A DNA stretch of 64,000 nucleotides from Chrysomallon squamiferum (lineage: Eukaryota > Animalia > Mollusca), in contig CM022665.1 of NCBI GenBank assembly GCA_012295275.1, positions 36,270,001-36,334,000 on the forward strand. Direction: 5' to 3'. Under the pieces are notes generated by a model that saw only the letters and a list, made by a program, of their open reading frames with translations, was not told the origin of the DNA and ran no database searches. Below are positions 53,286 to 64,000 of the stretch, one piece after another. The position numbers were made by a program, and so were the translations under genes. The stretch's first letter is position 1. Each line of letters opens with the position of its first letter.

Positions 53286-56200
53286 TAAAAATAAAAATAA
53301 TAATAATAATAATAATATCATTACTGTTTCTGTGATTACTCAGATTAGTTCAGGACAATTCAAATGCAACTTTTCAAAGTTTATTTTGTTTGGTGTAGAT
53401 ATATGGAAAATAATAATTTTATTGGGATATTATTATTAATTTATTACTAATTTATATCTCTTTATTAATTCAGTCATTTCTTTTTAACAATATAATTTTA
53501 TTTTTTATTTTAATAATCATGGGTGTACCTGTGCATGTTTCTTCATGTTTATGTAAGTGTATTGTAAATGTGTGTGTGTGTTTGTGCTAAAGAAATAGAT
53601 TATGTATAAATGTTACTTACAAAAATTACTCCTCCGTATGTAATTATGGACGGCCCTATGTTTACAATTGTTGTTATTACAACCTTGAATCTAAAAATGA
53701 AACACATATCTAAATTAAAAAATAATTACTTTTTAAATGTTTGTTTCAGTTGATTTCATTTCAGATAGGTATCTATATAAAAGAGATAAAACAGAAAAAC
53801 TGAACAGTGCATGTAAATTACAATTAATTTCAGTTTGTAAATTTCATTTATTTATTTATTTTAAATTCACTAAACACTAAAGTATTTCTCTGAGTGTATA
53901 TTTCAATTAATTTTTATTTTTAAAAGATTTAAGACCAAAAACAGCAACAAATAAAAAATTCCATTATAATTTCTCTTCCTTACAGATTCCTGTTTTAATA
54001 CTATATTCTCTTTCCAATATATTTCTCTGCATTGTAATAAAGAAAAAAAAAAAAACTTTTTGAATATTTATACCTTTGTATACTTCCAAACAATTTTATT
54101 AGCCTCAGAACTCTCAGTACTAACAGAATATCCAAGGTGCGTAACTCTTGATTTGCTGAAAAACAAAAATGTCACTCACTCACCTAAATGTCCACTGCAG
54201 CACAGAATATATATAAATACATACACAAACTTGAAAATAAACAATTAGAAATAGCTTTGATTATGTCCTGAACTGCAGTGTTTGACACTGTACGAAATAT
54301 TTCCAAAATAAATCCTGAACAAAGGTGTTAAGATAGATTATTATTTTCAAGTAATATTGTGTTTTAGAAATTCCATTTAAATTTCATAACAGGTTGATTT
54401 TTGTTTATTACAGAACTAAGAAATAAGTAGTTTAGATTTATATGTATTTAACTTTAATATTTTTAATCTGATATTAATAATATTATTATTACTTTTATTT
54501 ATTTATTTATTTTAATGAAAATAAAAAGCAGGAAAATATTAATAAGTTGGTTACAGCAAGTAGTCAAGCACAGTGTAAAGTCTAGTATTTATTTCAATTT
54601 TTTACATTTTCTAAATAATTAGGATCACTAAGTCATGTTAGGCCTCTAACAGTATAGCTGTTATGATTTATTTTATTTTTAGTGTAGAAACACTGGCGTT
54701 TTTAAAAACAAAATAAAACAAATTGCTACTGTACTTTAAGTGTATACCTTTAGTGATAAGAAGATATAGTCTAAATATATTCTGCATACTTTCAAGTTAT
54801 GATTGAGATTTTGTTTTTCTTGTCATGTCCAGTATTAATAACATAATATAACAACAACAGAGTACAGTTCAAAAATCTCTGAAAAAAAATGTAGCTATCA
54901 GTGTGTCACAATATTATACACAATGATGGCATGACTCCAATTGTGAAGAGATAAAAATGGCAGCCATCACCTGTTTTATAACTGTATTATTTTACCATCA
55001 AATTTAGTTACCAGTGATGACAGGTCATTCTAGATAATAAAATAATACCTTGGAAATATAAAGAATTTTGTCAGACCATTTATTTATACCACTATAGATA
55101 CATTTTTACAAAAAACCAAGAGCAACATGCAAAAAGGAAGTTAAATATCTAAACTTACAAGCCCCAATAACTACTTCAACAATAGAAGCAATGAGAGCAG
55201 CTCCAATAACAAAGAAATCAAACCTGAACAAAAGCAAACAAAAATAGCAGACTGATGAGCAAAGCAAACAGTAAAATATTAAAACAAGCATCAAAATAAA
55301 GTTACAGAAGAAACAATAAAGAGCAGATAATTCATGCAGTTAATTTTAGTGTTTAATTAATAATTTAATGTTTATATGTTTTTATGTTGTGTTGCACGTA
55401 TGTTCAGTGTGAGTGTGGTATAATGTGTGTGTGTGTGTGTGTGTGTATTTTTATGTGACAATGTGAGTGTGTATTCTGTGTGTTTGTATAAAATTTTCAG
55501 AGCTGCTATGAGTGAAAATACAAGTCAGGGATCTGTTAACTGACATGATTCTTATACACTTTTACGAATGTTAGTTTTAATAACAACAGTTAAATAAATA
55601 TATTGTTAAAAGGTATTCACTATAATACATTTGGCATAATTATAATAAGTAAACAAGAAACAGAAAAAAAAAAAAGAAAAAAAAAAGAAAATGAAATAAA
55701 ATGATGGCATTAGAATAATATGACTATGTTTGTGTCTTTTATAAAACATACGCATTCCAAAATCTGATGAAGAAATATTTTGGTCCAAAGGTGTACATCT
55801 TGAGGACGATCTCCAGAGTGAAGATAGAAAGAAAGAACCAATCAGCATTGTCCACATCAAAAGCAATGAAAAATGCATTGATAAATATCATCAGGTCAAA
55901 CGAGTAACGGAAAAACCTAGTGGAATTTAAAACAATAAGATAACATTAATTAAAATAATAATAATAATAAATTTAATATTGTTACTTAATGTAAATGTAT
56001 AATAAAATTAAACATCTACAAGTACACATAATTAATTAAATATATGTACTTATCAAATGAAAGAGTGAGAGAGAGAGAGAGAGAAAGAGTGTATATATTT
56101 ATATGTGTGTGTAAGTGCATTCGCACATCTTACTAAGATAAATTAGAGAGAGAAAGACAGATAGCAATGGATGAGAGTCTGTGTCAAACACAAACACAGT

Positions 56201-59200
56201 AACACACACATACAGTGAATATATAATACAATAATTAACAAAAAGATCAAATGCAGTTTAAAACTGTTAATGCCACTTTAACTATAGATTTAAATCAGTA
56301 CATTAAAACAAGCAGAAGTTAAAAGTTTATATTTACCTGTGTCTCACAACTCGCTGTATAAACTGACTGTACTTGGAATTGTAAACACTAGGAAACAGTT
56401 TCTCAAGTATTGTCTGTCTGTCTGTCACTTCTGTCAGTTCAACATTCAGAAGATCAGCTAAATTCAGAAAATCTTGTTTACCTACAAATATATATTTTAT
56501 TGCATATTACAATACATCAAAATATAAATATTAATTAAAAATGTTATTAATAAAATAAAACAAAAATTTATAAATTAATAAAATTAACTTAAAAAATAAT
56601 ATTTAAAAAATATATTAAAATATATAATTTTTAAAACGTTTCACTTCACCATTTAGAAGATCAGCTAAATTCAGAAAATCCTGTTTACCAACAAATAATT
56701 TTTGATGGTTGCATACTGAAATATAATAAACTTAAAATTTTGTTTAACAATGTTAATAATAATAAATAAAAAAATAACATTTAAAAATATTAAATATCTA
56801 ATTTTCAAAATATACATGTATTTTTCACTTATTGAATTTAGTGTAATTTTATTGTTGATTTTGTTTTTAGTTATAATGAGAAAATATCAAGAAATTAGTA
56901 TCTGTACAGTCTGACTTAAATGTTTTACTTATCTGTTTAAAAATTAAAAATATATATCTAAAATTACAGACGTATGTACTCACTGACACAGTTGTGACCA
57001 TCATGATCTAGTACTCTCATCAACAGCTCAATCTGTGCCATACTTTTGTTTGGCACAACTTTCTTCATGAACTGACACCAGCGATGGTGAGTGACGACAA
57101 AGTGGTCATGACGTTTCAATTTCAAGATGTCAAAGGCCCTAGCAAGCCGTCGACGTTTGCCATACACAGCCACACGGATCTCATTCTGTAATATTTAAAA
57201 ATTAATTTGTCAAACTTATCATGAATGAATGAATGAATAAACAAACATTTGTAAACAGACATTCTGAATAGTTTTACTGAGGCTTAAAATCTTTATCAAA
57301 ACAAAACAAAAGAAAACACAAGAAACAAATGAAGCATAATTTTTATCAGTTACCAACATGAAATTTTTATCTACCTCCTTTCATTGTCAAGAATGCATAT
57401 TCTTTCTTCTAATTATTTTAGCTGAGAGTGTGTGTGTGTGTGTGTGTGCATGTGCATGCAACTCTCTGCGTGTGTTTCTGTGTTAGTGTTTGTAAATTTC
57501 TGTATATTTGTCTTTGGTATGTGAATGTATGATGTTTTCATGAAAAATGTTTATATTCATCTGACAGAATCATTTCAACATGCTTATGGAACAAGATGTT
57601 GGCACAGAATGTAAAAACCTTAAGGTTCTTTTTGTAGTTGTTGTAGATGGCAGCCAACACGATGCTCATGAAAATGTAGAGACATATGATGAGGTAGCCG
57701 ATGAAGAAAAGCGCAAACCAGTTATTATTGTCATATGCTGGCATCCTGTTAAATACACAAGCTGTTAGTTTATCTCTGTACAGAATTTACTTTAACAGTC
57801 AAAATTGGTATTTCAGTCTTATGACATATGATGACATAACTAATCAGTGTCAGTATTGTTTTTAAATGAAAACAATATGAAAATTGTATTGATTATCAGA
57901 GTAGTTATACACAAAGATCTATCAATAGCTGGACAAGTCTGATAACAAAACATTAATTGAATTATAATGACAATGTTAAATAAAAAGAGGACATTTTTGA
58001 AATCTTATTTTTAATATTAATAATAAAAAAAAAAAATTGGAATCAACTCAGGAACCATAATATTTAATGAAAACCATAAAAGCCCTTATTTTCAAATAAT
58101 TACATTTAGAGTTCTTAATTTATTAAAAGATTGTAATTACTATAAAAAAAAATCATAACAATGAAAAAAAGGATTAAGAGTAACTTTTATTTTTTATCAG
58201 ACATTTTAAAACAAGTGAATTAAAAAATCGGTTGCTTGTTTAATATTAATAATTTATCAAGAAATTAAAAACAATCTGTTGTATTTGGAATTTGTTTTTC
58301 ATAGGACTATCACAACACTTACATGACATCTGGATCATTGGCAGTGGTGACCAGCACATAGAGATCCCATATACAGTCAAGGTAGTTTTTGAAATAATCA
58401 TCTCCATTGGGATATTTAAGATTTTTTCTAAAACAAAATGTAAACAAATATTTTTTTATATCTTTATATTAAATATGTTGTTTACATTGTCTGGATACAC
58501 AACACTATTTTTATTTTTATATCCATTGACAATGGCACCACTTTATGATCAATGTGCTTTGAATCCAGGTAAGTAAAAACTATGAATTCAATGTAAATTT
58601 TGTTCTGTATATTATTCAACATTATTAATATATCTGCTATTTCTAACACCATTTGGAAAATCTGGATATTTTTATCTTTCTGGACAATCTTTCACCCTTT
58701 TCAACCATTAAACAAACACAGGCATTGACATATACACATACAGACATGACTCCTTTCTGAATTATTTTAGAATAATCATTACATAATTATCTACACAAAT
58801 TATAATGTATCAGTTTGTTTTCTTTGATATAGTTTTAATGATAAAAATAAGATGTGATAATACCTTTTTAATTCAAATGTCTATACTAGGTAACTGGTGT
58901 TAACAGTATGTGAAATGATCAAAACAAATTTAACCAACTTTAGTTTCATTTTTAACAAAAACTTTCTAATGAGGGAAAGAACAGATAGTAATTTACCTTT
59001 TTCCAAATAATTTGAGAGCTAAAAGTGCAAAGAGGAAGACACTAAGAATAAACAATATAAGAACATTCAAGATGTCAGGAACAGTCCGACGAATGTTACG
59101 AAAAGCTCTCCGCACCTAGAACAGAAAATAAAATATGTAATAACATATACACTGAAACAGATTGATATAGAAAGATAAACAAGTGGATTGATAAATGTGC

Positions 59201-59387
59201 AGGTTGCTGATGGGATGAATAGATGATTTTTACGAAATTACTTATTAAGAACAAACATATGTGAATAACAACATTAAATAAACTAATTACATTTATGGAG
59301 TTAAACTAAAATTAAGAGATAAACTGAAATTTTATCAAATCTCTTTTCAAAATACATTTAAAACAGCATTTCAATTAAAGACATGCT

Positions 59388-59424
<37 letters not shown>

Positions 59425-60146
59425 ACTTGTTTTCCATCAGAGAAGTTGACAATGAACAGAGGTCGGAGGGATCTAGACCAGCGAATGGCTCTTTGAGGTG
59501 CAGCAACATAGTGAGACCAAACTAAGTAGCATGCAATATCTATCAGCATGAGCTGTCAACAGAAATCACAAATCAAAGTGTTTACAAGATTTCTTAATGA
59601 TAATTTACATCAACAGAGACAGTAATTTGTAAGTTGTATTTCATTTAGAGTTTCATATAAATTTGTGTAAATTTATATTAGTAGAATTTTACAGCTGAAC
59701 ATATAATTTAATTAAATATATTAAAAGAGACATATTAATGTACTCAAAATGATACATACACATACATAAACAGAGATATATATATATATATCTAAGTAAT
59801 TAATCTTTGGAGAAATTATGATTAGAACTTACTGTAATGCTGGAAATAACTAAAATGTTTTTTGTATCTTTCCAAAAGTCAGTACTGTCAGTGACATAGG
59901 CAGCGTGTACAATTCGGAATATAAAAAATGAAATACAGATCAGCTCCACAAGTATTGTAGCCTTTTAAAGAAAAGAACAAACGAAATTAAATTAATTTAT
60001 ATTTTGGTTTAATTTTAATTTGGTAAATTATAACTTAATGTTCTTATTAAAAACATAAAATAAATATTAAAAATATGTATGTCTATATGTGTTGTTCATG
60101 TGTGCATAAGTGTCTGTCTTTGTGTGTGTGTGTGTGTGACTATGTC

Positions 60147-60231
<85 letters not shown>

Positions 60232-60575
60232 ACAAAATATTAGAACATACCCAAAGAGGCCACTCCCATCCTTTTCTGGTTGGATATTCAATCAAAGCTA
60301 AGGATAAGTCAACAATAATAAAAAAATAAAGCATCCATCTCAGAAAAAAGTGATGATACACTTGATAGGCTCTGGAAAAGAAGAAGAAAATATACCAAAA
60401 TGTAACTATAACTGGAAAATATACCAAAATGTAACTATAACTGGAAAATATACCAAAATGTAACTATAAATGGAAAATATTACTTGAGTGAGAGAGAGAA
60501 AGAAAACGTGAGACAATATAACATACACATGTAAAATGGAAACTGGCACAGACTTAATGAGAGAGTGAGAGTGAG

Positions 60576-60612
<37 letters not shown>

Positions 60613-60872
60613 AATATGCTGAACTAATTTAAAACATGCATCTGAACCATTTTCTCAGGGAAAATCAAACAGACACTCATATACTCATATAATCCCTAAA
60701 ACCTATTGACAGTTACATCGTATCTGTTTGTAATTTAAACATGAACAAATCTTTCTTACTGAACATGCTTAGCATCTGTTTTGAAATTAATGTTGCGACC
60801 CCTCTTGGCATCCAGCACCAGTGTAGCAGCTAACAGCAGTGACTAAATCATACAGAATGATGATGACGATTA

Positions 60873-60924
<52 letters not shown>

Positions 60925-61542
60925 GAGACTTTATCATTCTTATGATCTATTTTATTTATTTGTTTGTTTGTATATTAACGAAACAAAAAAAAAAGAAGAA
61001 ATTTCTGAGTATGAAGATAGTTTTATTTATTTATAATAATATGAATTATAATTTAGACTTATTATAATTATTGTTATGAGTCTATACTATAAATAGACTG
61101 AAATTATTTGACATACTGTTTGATAGGTGAAAGGCTAATAAAATAAATTTTCAGATAAATATTATCTTTTTTTAAATTAAAAAATAAATAACCAAGATGG
61201 TATTAGTAAATAAAATCAGTTACAATAATAATCCAAAAATAAATTATAAATAAATAAATAAGTAATAAAATATATAGTTTGAGTATTGTTTCCATTTATA
61301 TATTTTTGATATTTTAATTTCAGTCAAATAAGAAATTAATAAATTATTACCTCGTCTGACAATTCAGGTTCATCAGAATGGTGTGAATGATGATGATGAG
61401 AGTGACGATGATGAGAATGACCATGCAGATGTTGAAGTGTTTTTTCATTTCCATTTTTCTGCACAGAAGTTTTAGTTGCATCTGAAGATACTTTCTCAGA
61501 ACTTTCTTCTACATCTTCAATGACAACTGCTACAGGATCCAT
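50108..61542 (-). CDS. TPCN3: Two-pore cation channel, TPC3 subtype, 19 coding exons, about 822 aa
   Basis: Exons 61542-61351, 60842-60760, 60371-60251, 59961-59833, 59552-59427, 59115-58997, 58427-58323, 57745-57619, 57185-56984, 56481-56337, 55916-55752, 55223-55159, 54155-54074, 53690-53621, 53221-52996, 52603-52513, 51939-51823, 51442-51282, 50250-50108 join in frame (2469 nt). Motifs: FWKDTKN, RWSRSLRPLF, RRAFRNIRRTVPDI, LYVLVTTANDPDVMMPAY, LRVLRLIKL, YCNNNFN, LFELTVVNQWHVL (TPC3-type filter II), NIFTAFILEAFILEY, LLQQMFEGE. Confidence 0.92.
52222..52495. repeat. Degenerate minisatellite (about 45 bp unit, about 6 copies) in a TPCN3 intron
   Basis: Recurring aaatgaagaaaca(t/c)acattat..taatt..agaaacaat. 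Confidence 0.7.
52604..52995 (-). other. U12-type (minor spliceosome) AT-AC intron in TPCN3
   Basis: 5' site CATG|ATATCCTTG; 3' end TTTTCCTTATC-TGATCAC|TTCTG. Joining gives the conserved VVNQWH-V-LTSGF. Confidence 0.9.
56444..56830. repeat. Degenerate tandem duplication (about 207 bp unit) of the TPCN3 exon-10 5' end and upstream intron
   Basis: agaagatcagctaaattcagaaaatc(t/c)tgtttacc(t/a)acaaata occurs at about 56449 and 56656. Confidence 0.8.
60151..60230. repeat. (TG)n microsatellite in TPCN3 intron 3
   Basis: Directly visible. Confidence 0.97.
60386..60480. repeat. 29-bp tandem repeat, 3 copies, next to the TPCN3 exon-3 acceptor
   Basis: gaaaatataccaaaatgtaactataa(c/a)tg repeated three times. 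Confidence 0.9.
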
Positions 61543-62114
61543 CTTAGGCAAGTTTTATAAGTATGAGAACTTAACGAAATATATCTACTTTACGCACACA
61601 CCCCATATCGCTGAATAATTGTTCAGTCTTCACAGGTAATCTGATAGCCCGGTGCCAGTCGTCAAGTGGTTGGCAAATCGGATTTCATGGCTCTGTGTTA
61701 ATAACCTTTTATTTATAAAATAAAATAAAATGCTCTAATCCACAAGTGGAATGGAAATGTTAATGTAAAAAATGTATTCCTCATTTAACAGAATAACTGT
61801 AGAATAAAAGTTGTAATATATTTCATTTCTGCTGTGTAATCTAAACATATCACATGTCAGATGATTACCAAGGGGGTGTGTCTGCTATGAAAACTCCCGC
61901 GATAAGAAACGTAATAGGAATATTCTCAAACACTTATCATAAAGTGTTATTCAATTACAATGATATTTTTACTTTTCATAAATTAAATAAATTCTATAAT
62001 TTATGATTAGGTACAACATATGATGCAATAATAAATTAATTTCAAAAATTGAAATAAGAACTACAACAATAATGATTTATAGGCTAGCAGAAATGATACA
62101 AGTTAGGCGAAATA
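61543..62114. promoter_or_regulatory. Bidirectional promoter region of TPCN3 (-) and gephyrin (+)
   Basis: The two start codons diverge about 570 bp apart. CpG reappears locally, and a YY1-like AATGGCGG lies over the gephyrin ATG. Confidence 0.65.
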
Positions 62115-63843
62115 ATGGCGGACAGTTCGGAACATGCAGAAAGGGCACGCGAGTTGATAAAAGTTGGCATTTTGACAGGTCAGATCAATTTAATTTGTGA
62201 ATGTCATAGCATTATACTTATCCCACTGGCACTTACCAGTGGGTTCATTTCAGCAGTAAGATAAAGAAGCAGACTGTGTGTTTTAATCATTTATTGTCAT
62301 CAGTGTAAACATTGACATTGCTAGCGGAATTATACTGATAAAAAATGTTATGGGACACATTTCTAACGATTGATGCCTAGGTTTAATAAACGCAATTTGC
62401 CCCCACCGTCCACCTCAGAATTTTTCATTATGAATTAATAAATCATGAAGAATGTAAAGGCTCACTTTTAATTTAGTTTTAATATCAACTTAATTAGATT
62501 TTCCATTTGAGAAAATCTTTGTGAGTTTGGTCCATAGTTCCTTAGTTGATCGTATGATACGACACGTTCAGCATAATATTTTATATCACCTTTTTATTAT
62601 TGTTCGTTTTTTTTTTTTTTTTTTTTTTTTTTTAGTATGACCGTTTTATTCATGCACTAATTAGCAATCAAAGCAAAAATTTTATACATTGAAATTCAAC
62701 AAAACATACATCAATACATGTATTTTAAGTTAACATTATCAGCTTGTTATATTTTCAGTGAGTGATAGTTGCTACAGTGGTCAGGCTGAGGACAGAAGTG
62801 GAAAAAACCTCAAGCAACTTATTGATGCAAAAGACCAAAATAAAATGTGAGAAAGAAAATAAGTATTTGATTTCATTAACATCAGATATCATGCCTTTTT
62901 ACTGCTTACAATCTGCTCTTCCTAGATACTTGGGGCATTTCATGGTGTGAGTCACATTCAAAGGTTGAATGTTCAACAGTGGTATATTGAAAGCTATGAC
63001 TGGGTTTTCAGACAGTTTGTTTGTCCACATGACATAATTTTCATTTGCCTATAATCATTTTGTTTTATATTTTATCTTTTGGACAGTATGATATAAACTT
63101 TTTTTTATGTTATTCAAAAACAAAAGTAAAAGATGGTGATTACAATATTTTAATCAGTTCTAGTTAAATAGTAATATATGTTATTTTAATGGCAATGTAA
63201 TGATATAGTTTAAAACTTATCTTTAGATGTTATTATGTGCTGTATTTCAGAAACATATTTTTATGTCTGATAACTTTATCCAAAAGTGTAAGGAGGAATA
63301 CAGTATTTTGAAAAGCTAATGTCCAGTGGGAATACTGCTAAAAGAACTACCCCAAAAAAGATTATCAGAACTTGTGTAACAGTTTTTTCCTTTTTTCAGA
63401 ATACACGGGGAGGTGGTCGCTAGTGACATTGTTCCTGATGAACTCGACAAAATTAAGGTAAATATCTGAAATACAATTTAGATTAATTTAGAAAATAATT
63501 GATGATATAAGTAAATGATGAAAAATCTTCCATTTACATGAGAAAGAAGGGAATGTGGCAGCCTCCATTATGCAATCTTATCTATTTACATTATTTCATT
63601 TAAAAATTAATATCATTTTCTATTTCTTTTTTTTCATATATATATAAATTTACCTTGTTGTCTATGAATCATTTTGGTATCAAGATAATGATTAATATTC
63701 TATTGCCATGTAAAATAATATTCTGTTGATGTGTCATTATATTTGTGTAGGTGAAATTGGAGGAGTGGAGTGATAACTTGAAACTTGATGTAGTTCTCAC
63801 CACTGGGGGAACAGGCTTTTCTCCAAGGGATTTAACACCAGAG
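62115..63843 (+). CDS. GPHN: Gephyrin (MogA-like G domain), first four exons; gene continues beyond the window
   Basis: Exons 62115-62178 ([21 protein letters not shown]), 62759-62846 ([22 protein letters not shown]), 63400-63457 ([10 protein letters not shown]), 63751-63843 ([29 protein letters not shown]) carry the canonical MogA/gephyrin motifs with consistent phases. Confidence 0.93.
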
Positions 63844-64000
63844 GTATTTGTATTTGCTGACAGCACATTATTTCTGTTGCTTTATAAAAACTATTATATA
63901 CATAAATATTATTATTATCATCATCAGACACAATATGCTAAAATGAAAACAGCAAAAAATACGAGTACATGTGTATATATCTAGATGTATGTGCTTGTTT

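Noticed and set aside
54960-55080. Possible alternative TPC3 domain-II S4 exon
   Set aside because: Stops in all minus-strand frames; the true S4 exon is 54155-54074.
61543-61551. TTG start of TPC3 suggested by the ORF track
   Set aside because: In a eukaryotic gene the ATG at 61542 is the more plausible initiator.

Overview
AT-rich, microsatellite-rich, intron-containing animal genomic DNA. It is probably a gastropod mollusc, an inference from a SINE family I recall. Five protein-coding genes were reconstructed by hand: (1) the first coding exon of a stum/SPEC3-family gene (minus strand), followed by an intron of at least 23 kb; (2) an RBM4/Lark-family gene (minus) with only one RRM plus a CCHC knuckle, an array of symmetric phase-2 microexons, two alternative last exons and a candidate poison exon; (3) Kizuna/KIZ (plus, 15 exons, one GC-AG intron); (4) two-pore channel TPC3 (minus, 19 exons) with a U12-type AT-AC intron, a His-rich N-terminus and a TTAND filter-I sequence; (5) the 5' part of gephyrin (plus). 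Lark/KIZ and TPC3/GPHN are head-to-head pairs on short CpG-rich promoters. CpG density, judged by eye, switches from rich (1-26.7 kb) to depleted over the gene bodies. Degenerate SINE, mariner, Tc1 and MITE relics are present. Most short ORFs in the supplied track are microsatellite or intron artefacts. All coordinates were read manually and no database search was run.
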